Shown here: positions 52,270 to 62,231 of the stretch, in pieces | Numbering within the stretch: position 1 is the first letter of the stretch | Layout of the letters: each line of letters opens with the position of its first letter | Assembly (NCBI GenBank): GCA_973895155.1 | Contig: OZ316893.1 | Span: 16,460,645 to 16,524,644 of the forward strand | Length of the DNA stretch: 64,000 nucleotides | Direction of reading: 5' to 3' | From: Marsupella aquatica | Taxonomy: Eukaryota > Plantae > Marchantiophyta | Position numbers and translations under genes: made by a program | Notes under the pieces: model-generated | What the model saw: only the letters and a program-made list of their open reading frames with translations | Told to the model about the DNA's origin: nothing | Databases searched by the model: none

Positions 52270-52402
52270 CTCATACGAGCCAATTTTTTCTCGTACGAGT
52301 AAACAAGTTCCTCGTATGAGCATATCTATTTACTCGTACGAGTTTCTGTTTTCTTGTATGAGTTTCTGTTTTCTTGTATGAGTATTTTTTTTTCTTGTAT
52401 GC
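52270..52402. repeat. Subterminal array of the 10-bp palindrome CTCGTACGAG (~7 copies, 20-22-bp period, CpG-decayed)
   Basis: ctcatacgag, ctcgtacgag, ctcgtatgag, ctcgtacgag, cttgtatgag x2, cttgtatg. Confidence 0.8.
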
Positions 52403-52602
52403 ATTTTAGTTTCTTCTCTTCAGGGTATAGCGTCCATATATGCAATAATTGTGCGGACAATATTATGGTGGGTCCCACCATTGTACAACATCAGAGGAAA
52501 TTTCTTGACGATTTCACGCAAGGACTCCAATATATTGCCACAAAATATGAAGTCAAAACAAAGTCATACAATACTAGCGCCCTAGAGCAGTGTATAACTC
52601 AC

Positions 52603-54590
52603 CAGTCTTATGAAGTTCCCCCATTGTCTCCATCAGACAACCCACCAAGACAGCCACCCTTGCAGCATCCAAAGTTTGCCTGAGTGACAATTGCCAGACC
52701 TCCACCAGTCATCGATTTCCCTCGAGATTCGATATGCTTTCAAGAAAGTTGGTGCGTTCCGAAGACGATCCCACATCTCCTTGTGCTCTCCGTGCTTTCC
52801 ATCTTTCACACCTTCTTGGGAATGATGATGAAAAGATTGGAAAAATGAAAGGCATCTGATCTTTCTCGCTCTGGGTCGGGTACACCGTCAAAGAACACGT
52901 TTTGAACAATATTCCAACCAGCCTAAGCATTGTCCGCCATGAATCCCCAAATTGTAACATCCTGTAAACCATTTTCATCGGCAACCTCTAGCATCAAACG
53001 CCAAGCTCTCTCCAGAGATTTTGCATCTTCGGCCTTTAGCTCACAAGTGAATATGGTGCAAAGTGCCCGGTAATGATGATCATATACATGGGCACTGAAA
53101 GTAAGCCAATCTGCCGTGCTTCGATGCATCACGTCAAAACTTACCCATGAACCCTCTAACGACCCACCAGGTTTCATTCTTTGGAGCAGGTCCAGACCAC
53201 TCCCATCACCTTTTACGGTCATTTTAAAGATATGAGCACTCTCGTCCCGGCAGCCTTGACCAGGGAGCAAGAACCTATGAAGAAAAGGCAATCGGATACA
53301 CTTTTGCATCCTCACAAGAAATTCCAGTTCCCCTTTCCCCTTCTGATCTTGACGGACACTCCTTAACACGGATGCAAACTTCTGAGGAGATGCCATGACC
53401 ATCAGGGACTCCCAAATTTCCTTCTCTTCTTCGAGAGAGATTTCTTCAACAGAGGCCTCGCAAAATGTATTCGTCAGTGTCTCAATCGCAGAGTTTTTTA
53501 TCCCTGCTGGGGATGCCATGGGGTTTGCAATGAATCCCTTCTCCAGATGAGACCTTGCAACCTTTTTTGCCTCCCTCAAAAAGACCCGTCGACTGGGATG
53601 ATTGTGAAATCCCATATGAATAGCTAGTCGCGACATGTGGGCCAAAGACTTAACGTCAACTTTTGCACATGGATACATGTAGAACATTAGAGCAGGGCAG
53701 GCCTCAACACACATCGGAGGTTCGGAGCAATGGTGACAAACAACTCTACCTTCGGAGATCAACTCCCCAACTCGGAATGGGCCCAAAAGTTCTGGGGTTC
53801 TTGCCCACATCTCATTATTTTGAAACTTGTTGTCTTTCCACCACGGACAAGCATTATTTTGACACTGCAGCGATCCCGTACACTGGACTTTCCTGAAATC
53901 CCACATTTTCTTCGGAAGAACATTTGAAGACGTTTTCACAATCCGAGTCCAATAATAACAATCCTTACCACGATCCATATCTTTCAAACGTTCACCTTTT
54001 GCGTTCACACAGTCTACCGGGGGTAACTCAAAAACCACATTCCCATTGTAAGATGTGGGAAGACTAGGCACTACGTGATGAACAAAATCACTCCCCCTTA
54101 TAAATCGAGACAATTCACTATGACCTTTGGATTTCAAGATTGTATCCATTGCACTTTGCCGGTACGCAGTCAAAGGCACAATCTTTTCTCGATCCGCATT
54201 AGACTCCTTTTTAACCTCGGATGGGTAAACTGGAATCTTCTCTCTGAGAGTAGTTGTCGCTTGCTTATCATCTCCAGAACTTTCCGAGAGTTCGATGACA
54301 TCGAGTTCAGCCGCTATGGGAGGACGAGTACAGGAGGCCCCAGAATCTCTCAAAACAAAAACCTCATATTCTTTGTGAGCCTCCAGAGTCCAATATCTTT
54401 GATCATAGAAAATTGGAGTCTCCCCCAAACAAACCGATACTAACGATATTGCTAAAATAGACTCCTTGGCGACATCAAATCTCACTCCCAAATATTCCTC
54501 TAAAACACGCTTTGATTCAGATGATTCGAGGACGGGAATTGTGATTACATCCCGAGTGTCCTTTCTCGTGACAACGATATTTTGAGCCAT
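52603..54590 (-). pseudogene. MULE-type transposase with WRKY/GCM-like Zn module; 3' part decayed
   Basis: 555-aa ORF with CTGSLQC...C..C...C...C...HMGFHNH, then FDVMHR (D1) and GFMADNA (D2). Past the stop it reads AGWN...SDAFH (CxxH position) and a W-rich WLSWW segment ending at a GTGAG donor at 52602. The catalytic E and SWIM domain were not seen. Confidence 0.72.
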
Positions 54591-54765
54591 GGCTTCAAAC
54601 GAGGGATATGCCTTTGCCCCGCGCGAAATGAAATATGTTTATTATGAGATTCAAGTACGAGAAGTAAACGTTTCATTCTCACTATAGAGTCGTTATAGAT
54701 TTGGACGCACTCCATCAATGACGTTTTGTCGTCTTACCAACGACAGGATTTGGGTTCATAGTTAC

Positions 54766-54909
54766 TAGCGCCTGGCGCTACATCTAAGTGTAAAACACTC
54801 TTGGGTGAGGACTACGAATGCCAATAATAATAGCGCCTAGCGCTACCTCTGGGTGCAAACATTCTTGGGTGAGGAGTACGAAGACAATTAATAATAGCGC
54901 CTGGCGCTA
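54766..54909. repeat. ~64-bp tandem repeat upstream of the transposase, each unit starting with TAGCGCC-N-(G/A)GCGCTA
   Basis: Motifs at 54766, 54831 and 54895 with similar spacers (cttgggtgagga.tacgaa). Confidence 0.85.
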
Positions 54910-55312
54910 CCTATTTCAATGGACTTGAAAACATTCAATGGAAGGAAAAGTACGATAACGCGATACAGTACGAGTCATTAAGTTGACACGCTTGAAGATC
55001 TCCACTGGATCTTCTCGAATCCGATCCGCCCGGGTCCAAATGTGTCAGAAAGGAAGCATCTCCGAAAGTTCTCTCAGAGAGTCCTCTTCGAAGTGGGTAC
55101 CCGGGACCAAGTGCCAATTCTCCTTATATCTCATTGTTCTCATCCGATGTCCTCATTGTTGAGCCATTCTTCACTGAGTCGTAGTTGTGGCTCATCTTTT
55201 GAGCGCGTGGTTCTTGTTCTTGCTTTTGGGCCCAGTGGTTCTATTTCACTTTCGTGCGGGTTCTTGTTCTCGTTGTCGTCCTCGTTTTTCATTCTCATCC
55301 TAGTTTGCGCTC

Positions 55313-55786
55313 TTGTCCTCGTTCACATTCTTGTTTGCGCTTCTTGTTCTCGTCCTTGTCCTCACTTTCAATAGCACCTCACGAGGGAAGGCAAAGGAGG
55401 AGGCACTTGTCCCAAGCGACACCGACCGGGAGACCCCCACATCAAATAGCTTACCGCCTCGGCCGAATGCCGAGAGGATGACGGTTCCAATCTTGAAGAA
55501 GGGCAAACTCATCTCGAAGACGAAGAATGCCCCACCTGCGGGCCGCAATGAAGGATCCAGTCGGCCAAATCCGAGCGGCCCGACTTCTGTTCCCGCTAGG
55601 GATATCTCCCGCCGTCCCAGAGCTGACACTATCTGCACGGGTGTCTCTGAGCCTTCTTCATCCACTGAGAGTGATCGTTCTTTGAGCGGGGACTCATCAC
55701 CGAGCAGGCAAGGATTTGCGTGGTATGGATCGAGCGACTCAAATGACGACTCTGATGCGTACAAGCCAAGTTGGTGGGAAGACTAA
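55313..55786 (+). CDS. Possible low-complexity S/P/K-rich ORF inside the MULE-like element
   Basis: 157-aa ORF with a non-ATG start (KGKAKE..., ends DDSDAYKPSWWED). An equally long antisense ORF exists, so strand and reality are uncertain. Confidence 0.3.
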   Translation: MSSFTFLFALLVLVLVLTFNSTSRGKAKEEALVPSDTDRETPTSNSLPPRPNAERMTVPILKKGKLISKTKNAPPAGRNEGSSRPNPSGPTSVPARDISRRPRADTICTGVSEPSSSTESDRSLSGDSSPSRQGFAWYGSSDSNDDSDAYKPSWWED

Positions 55787-57085
55787 TTTCCCGTTGTCAG
55801 AGTGTATCGTTCGAGTGCTGGACAGACTTGGAGGATCCATCGAGGTTGATAGGATCTGTTTCCACTCATTTTTTCCGATAGAAAACGTATACTGTTCCTT
55901 CATCATATGCCGGATTTCTAGTGTACTGTAACATTTTGTATGTGAACGGCATAGCCGTTCATTTTTACCTCGATGTCAATGCTTTTGAATTCTAAATACC
56001 AAGCTTTAATTTCCGGTTCTACTCCTGTGCTTGCTTTGTATTTCTGAATGCGAGCCTGCTCAATTTCTTTGAAATTGTCGTAAACACTCGTTTGCTGTGA
56101 ATGTTTTTAGTAGCATTCGGCGCTATTATGAGAAACAAAGCGTCCTTAACAGTGTCGTGACATGTCTTATCTTTAAATTGTTTTGGATAGTGTTGGGCGC
56201 TATTAATTAAAGGAATCAAAAGTCAGACCCGTTAGGAGTTATTTTTTACTTTTATTCCAACAAATTCTGTTCAATTGATGTTTATTTTAATAGCGCCAGG
56301 CGCTATTGTAATTCATTGGAATATTCGTTGAATGAATGGGTGCATGTGGTCATGTTTGTTGTCATTGGACTCCAATTTCATCATTTATTTGAATACTAGC
56401 GCCGAGCGCTACTAAACTCGGCTTGTCGACACCCGCACAAAATTGGAAAATTTATAGACAGTAGTATTGATATTACTGCCCGTAGATACATGAAGACGGT
56501 TTTCCAGATACATTTGAAGGTATGTTTTATAATAGCGCCTGACGCTATCCACAACTACCGACACTGATGTGGTTCCAACGGTCACTTTCCAACAGTAATA
56601 TTACAGTAGATTGAGGTTCACGGAACCCTTTTTGATTTTTTCTGGGATGAAAGTCCAATTGGAGAATGCCATCTGTACTTGGGACCATTGTAATCGAATG
56701 GCTGGGTCCATTGTATCGGTGTATTAATACAAGGTGGAGATCGCTCATTTGGGATAATTTAGTCCGTCTAAGCGCTCAGACCTCGGACTGTACGAGTTTG
56801 TCAAGTGCGTATGTGCATCCTTTATTGGTCCCATACATTTTGAGACGTGATCGTGACAAGAACTGCACGGCGCGTACGACAGTGCCGGGTGGTCGCGTCG
56901 CTCTCCACGGCAACTTTTGGCTGGGTGATATGGGAATGGGGGAGGCTGATGGTGGTCATTCTGAGTCCTCTCAGTCTTTGTTTGCTGGTTCAGTATACAC
57001 CCGTCACGTCACTCGATCGACCGCATCCCTGTCAACTTCCGAAGCTAAATCTGCACAGCCCTTCCCGAGGTCGAGGAGAGGGAGA

Positions 57086-60000
57086 ATGGACCCTAAGGAG
57101 GTCTCCATGGGTGAAGTCAGTGACATAGGCTTATCGATGGATGAGGTAATATCAAAGCACGCATTGTCGTTCGGGAAGGATTTTCAAGGATTCGATAAGG
57201 AGCCACCTCGAATTCCTCTTTGTAGATTGCTCCCCATGGAGGTTGTTCGAACCTTACAGAAAGAAAGTGCATCGATCGAGAAGTTGAAAGAATCATTCTG
57301 GGTCACCGGGTACAACTCGCGCATTGGGATGCCTTTCTACGTTTAGCCTGCGAATGCCAATGGGGTTCCTCAAATATGCACCAGCGAGATCCGGGACTCT
57401 TGGGATCCAATCTGGGTCGCAGAGAACAACAAGTTTGAGGAAGAGTGTGCTGCGGACCCAGCGTTCCATATTCTAAAAGATAAAATGTTTTGTGTGTTTG
57501 ACGGAAATCATCGATTGTACTCCTGGTCAATCGTCACCAGGGAGAATCCGGACAACTTGAAGTATCATCCTCGTGTGATTTGCGTCATTTTCAATGGTGA
57601 CAGAGGTTCGCTAGTTGAGCTCGAGGCGGCAATGCACACCGTGAACTAGTAAGTTCTATTCATTAACTGTTGTTACCCTTGTCATTCATTTTGGACCAAA
57701 CAACGAAAGTGTTCATTCCCCAGTTTTTGCTAGCGCCCGGCGCTACTAATTCCTTTTCATTGCATCCAGGCTTGGACAAGCAGTCGTCGAGCCTTCCTGG
57801 ATTCTTGACGCGGACAGAATTTTCCAAATTTTGTCGCGTGATCTTGATCACTATAAGCCACTCATCGACAACGCAAACATGGCAAAGTTTGAGGCGATCC
57901 GAAAGAAGACGAGAAAGGGGTCTTGGTTTACACATAAAATGCCACAGGATGCTCTCATCTACATTCTGTGTGTGGACAAAATCAAGTCTTACTCAAATCA
58001 ATTTAAGTCTGATATGGCTTTAGCCAAAGCTCAAGGGGCTCCTTGGTCAAAAGAGGAGAACACAAAGAGGCATGAGGCAATGATGAAGGAGGCGACCAAA
58101 GATTGGTCGATCAAAGTGACGAAGATCACCCCTTTACTTCATCCGGATTTTGGAGATTATTTGGGAACCTGTGCTGAGATGTATCCCGTAACTGATAAGA
58201 ACAAACAGGAGAAGGCCAGACACAGTTGTATGCACAATGGATCGAGCCAGGTTGTTTACTACTGTTTCATACCTGGATCCAAAATTGAGGTGCACCCTTC
58301 TAGTAGCCCACTGCACTCCCGAGATTCAGAAACAGTTTTTCCATCCTGCAAGTGTCAACGACGAGCTTGTGAAGCAGTGGTGCCATACATGGCATACTTG
58401 GAATTCTGTGGAGGGAATTGCAACTGGAATGCTTCACACTTCCTTCAAACAGATTTCTAACCGAATGTCGGCTGACTGTCTCACAAAATCTGGGTGTGAG
58501 TCAATGGAGGCCATGCTTAAGATCATTCTTGATGAATTCAAAAACTTTGGGGATCTTGTAAAGGCAAAATTCTTCAACAACTTGTGGCCTTCCAAATATG
58601 CGGACAAGGAAGATTACACAAAGCGGAACCGGAAGAGAGCCAAACGATATCTATACCGGTTTTACATGTGGATGGAGCTTAGATCTCCAGACACACTGTG
58701 GGCATACCCGGCTGCATTTCAGAAATGGGTGTCTATCGAAGAGGGAGACGCTCTTGCCAACCTGTATTCGATGTACCCAGCAGAGGGAAAGTTTCCACCA
58801 CGTTCATTGTCGGAGTGGGAGAGACTTCACTGTCCGTGGTACCTCGACACAGACAAATGGGATTTACCGTTCGACGAAGCTGAGAAGGATGCCTTCATGA
58901 AGTTGCAGAAGTCCCAGATCCCCGCCAATTACGTGTCTGCAATGAAGCAAGGTCTCCAGTCTGATGTTGACGAATCTGCATCTGAGTTACAGAAGAATTG
59001 TGAGTCTCTTGTCATGCACGTTGACCGAAGCCGTAACCCAAGAGCAAAGGCGAAGAATGAGTCAGCTGCACCAAGTGACTCCACAAGGTCCTTCAAGAAA
59101 AGTGAGTAGTCTAAGCGCTTTTTGGTTACTTGTTGGCGCTGCTTATGCAGGAGTTTCATTTGGAAATTCCTTTGATTAATAGCGCCTGGCGCTAGTCTGA
59201 AAGGTTGGACTCATGCAAGTTTTTGTGCCTAACAGGAGGTCGAAAGTCCGACACGGAGGTCCCGGCTGCCGAAGGGAAGAATGATGCAACTCCTCAGGCA
59301 TCGGAGGCAAACACTGGAGCTCAAGAAACCCCGGATCAAGGGACCCCGGATGGTGCTGGCAAATCCATTGTCCCTGTTGACGCAACTAGCACGAAGAAAA
59401 AGAAAAAGAGAGGCACCGGTGAAGACAGAGGAGCATCATCTACTCGAGACGTTATTTCATGTGGACTCTAGAGAGATGTCGGAAATTTTAAGCGAAGGTG
59501 TTCTAGACACTGTTTTGTGGAGTCCAATTTAAATGAATTTTACGATTTGGTATTTAACAAGGGGATGAAGCCCATGTGGGTTACTAAAGTTGAGGCCTGG
59601 GGAAAGGAATTGGTAAAGTCAGGAGACAGAGAGAAGGGAGTAATGCATGGCGGAAAAGAGAGGGGCTTTGGTGTGGATGCTGGTTTCATCTACATTCCCA
59701 CTGGATTAAAACCAACACTTCTTGATCGGAAGGTTCCCAAGTGGAACCTTCAGGATTACACTATTCCCAGCTCTTTCTTTCGAGCCATGGAACCGTTCCT
59801 GGCAGACGATGGCCTACTTGCAATTTTACACAGAGGAGACTATGATCAGGTATCTGAAGTGATTGCGGCTTGCCAGGATTCAAAGTGTTTCCAGTGTATT
59901 TCAACCCACCATGTGGTCATGACTACACCAATGTATAGGCCCCGATCTGATACTCAGGTAACAATTCCTCTTGCACATACTAGCGCCCGACGCTACTATC

Positions 60001-60689
60001 AGCATTCGCTATATCTACAATTCACTTATCTTTCGTAAGGATGAAGGGTTGACTAGCGCCAAGCGCTAATATATGTGTCTGTTTTCTTATACTGCCTTCA
60101 TTGGGAAACTGTGTTGCAGATATTCACACTTACTCTTAATATATTTTGCCGCATTTTGACAAAGGGAAGGGTCCCGAAAGACCCCAAGTTCCGGCCACTA
60201 TCGAATGCAGAAGACCCTTCCGTCACTAACATTATTGGGTTTTCATTGCCGTGACATGACCCGACTCCTGAGCTCCAATTTGTAGGAAATTCACGCTTGC
60301 CTGTGGGTTTCATGCAAACTATTTTGGAATTGGTGACTCTTCCTGGAGATATCGTTATGGACTGGACAGTAGGTTCCGGTAGTACGTTTGTGGCTGGAAA
60401 TTATTCTGGTCGCTTTGTTGTTGGGCTGGAAAATTGGCCAGAGTTTGTTGATACTTCCGGTAAGGTCTTCCTCGATCTTTTACAGAACAAAGAAGTGGTT
60501 GCACCAACTCCTCCTAAGAAGATTCCTGGAAGTAAGAAGCAGGACAGGCTCCGTGTTGTTCTAAATTTTGATTCGGAAGACGAGGATGAGGGTGGCAATG
60601 CTTCTCAGCAATCTAAAGATGATGAGGTGTCGAAGAATGTGGTGGACCTTGGATCTGGAGATGAGGACAGTGAAGAGTCAGAAGAGTAA
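57086..60689 (+). pseudogene. ParB/Srx-like domain plus helical region plus beta-class N4C/N6A DNA-methyltransferase-like domain; introns 57649-57769, 59102-59235, 59958-60119
   Basis: IPLCRL..VR.L...L..SF...GY...FYV and VFDGNHRLYSW (57500-57514). Then VDAGFIYIPTG (motif IV position), FLADDGLLAIL, RLPVGFMQTILE (X), PGDIVMDWTVGSGST (I), GRFVVGLE (II). The three GT-AG introns preserve frame; several stops and one frameshift are present. Confidence 0.75.
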
Positions 60690-61400
60690 TTTTCTTTAGC
60701 TTTCTTTCTCTCATTGTATACTTTTTTCCAAAGAACTCCTATACTCCCTTTTGTCTAGAAAATTTGCCCGATTTCCCGACTTCGACTAAAGAACTCCAGT
60801 TCAAATTCTCAGGTCAGAGTGGAATCTTCGGAGGCGTTTTCAACTTCGAAGGAACGTCTCTAGGAACGTTGTACAGACCCCAGAGAAGCCATTTGTTCTC
60901 CCCTCTTATGCTGAAAAGGCGGCACAACGGGCAGATTCAGTCAGGACGCTTACTTGGGAGAGTAAGGGTCTTAGACTCAGGAGAGGCTCAGATAGAAAGT
61001 TTGTGCAGAATCACTTCGTAGATGATATTGCAAAATCCAAGTATGTGGACGACGAAGCAGAGTCCACTGATAGATCAGAAAGTAGCGGTTCTGAATCGGT
61101 CTCAGAGTCGAGTGGTGGTTGTGGAGAACGACGACACTAAATAAGAACGCAATTACGTGTCGTATTAGAGTAGCGCCCGACGCTATTACTGTAGCCGGTA
61201 GTTCAAAGAGGTTTTTATTCGGATGTTTTCCTTATAGCGCCCGGCGCTAGTATAAATGTACTCAATGGCCGCTTCAGGTCCAATATATGTGACAATATTT
61301 TCTTATCCTTCAGTGTCTTTTTTTGGGTGCACATTTGCTGGTATGAGTTTTGTTGTTTGTTGTTTGTTGTTTGCTATTTGATGTCACGGAGAGATCCCCC

Positions 61401-62231
61401 CCTTATCCAAATCTGGTTGTAACCTAAGTACCCATCTAGGAAGCTATACACTTCCCAACCAGCTACTAAGTCAAGTACCATATCAGTAAAGGGAATGGGA
61501 TAGTGGTCCCTCTTAGTGGCCTCATTGAGTTTCCTAAAGTCTTGGCAAACTCGGATCTTAGGCTTACCATCCAAGCCTGGTTTCTTTGGTACAATGACAA
61601 TTGGGGAAACCCACTCACTATTCAACACAGGATAGATGAAACCTGGTTCCAACAATTTGTCTATCTCTTCTTTCACCATCAAGGAGTACTTGGGATTCAT
61701 TTTATATTGCCTTTGTCTCACAGGTGAAGCTCCTAGCATCAAGTCAATTCTATGCTCACCGAGTTCAGGGTTTACACCAGTAAGATCCAAGTGACTCCAA
61801 GCAAACACATCCACATATTCTCCTGGTAAATCTTGGATAGTTTTCTCTTCACCTGATCCCAAGGCATTTCCCAAGTTGAAGGTCTTGTCTTGCTGGACAG
61901 AGATGGTTCTGTACTGCTCAGCTTGAATCACCTCCATCTTGTTCCTCATTGTGGAGTCAAAAGTGTCTTCAAGTTGTGCCAATCTCATGCCTCCATAGAC
62001 TGGTGCATTTTCAGCACTTAACTCCTCCTCCTTGCTTGAATGCTGGTCTTCATGAGTCTCATCCTCCTCTAAGTTTTCAGCCCCCAATTGGTCCTCCAGC
62101 TCCTTTATCTTGAGCTTCAACAAGGCCAAGTGTTTAGCCTTCACCCTCTGGTCATGAGTCCCCTTCTTAATCTCAACTTGGGGAGCACCCTTGCTGGTCT
62201 GATCAGCCTCCTGAGCCACTGTGACAGTGTC
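61401..62231 (-). pseudogene. RT N-terminal segment of element D
   Basis: DVFAWS, SEWVSPIVIVPKK, CQDFRKLN, LDGYLGYNQIWIR. Confidence 0.9.

Larger units (their letters stand above)
52231..61400. mobile_element. 9170-bp Mutator(MULE)-like DNA transposon without true TIRs, carrying a ParB-methyltransferase-like gene
   Basis: Perfect 8-bp TSD CCTTATCC at 52223-52230 and 61401-61408; removing the element restores RT YNQIWIRKEDQLKT. Ends GGGTATAACC...GATCCCCC. Confidence 0.9.
48157..62231 (-). mobile_element. Gypsy element D internal region (same pol lineage as A), interrupted by LTR-B2, the MULE-like element and LTR-B3
   Basis: Pol pieces 61401-62231 (RT N-terminus), 51583-52230 (RT/RH) and 48190-49827 (RH/INT) join across the TSDs. 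Confidence 0.9.

Noticed and set aside
52603-54590. hAT or KDZ/Zisupton assignment based on the 8-bp TSD
   Set aside because: The motifs (FD..H, FMAD, ..FH, GCM/WRKY-like Zn module) fit MULE; no hAT dimerisation or KDZ motifs were seen.
54766-54909. CRISPR-like repeat-spacer array
   Set aside because: The spacers resemble each other (tandem duplication), the repeat is only 15 bp, there are no cas genes, and the context is eukaryotic.
56666-57085. N-terminal extension of the ParB-like ORF
   Set aside because: Open in frame but shows no motif; ATG 57086 was preferred. An upstream start is not excluded.
60690-61140. Additional 3' exon(s) of the ParB-MTase gene (SKYVDDEAE..., acidic tail)
   Set aside because: A GT-AG intron is plausible, but no frame-consistent model could be built by eye; left unannotated.
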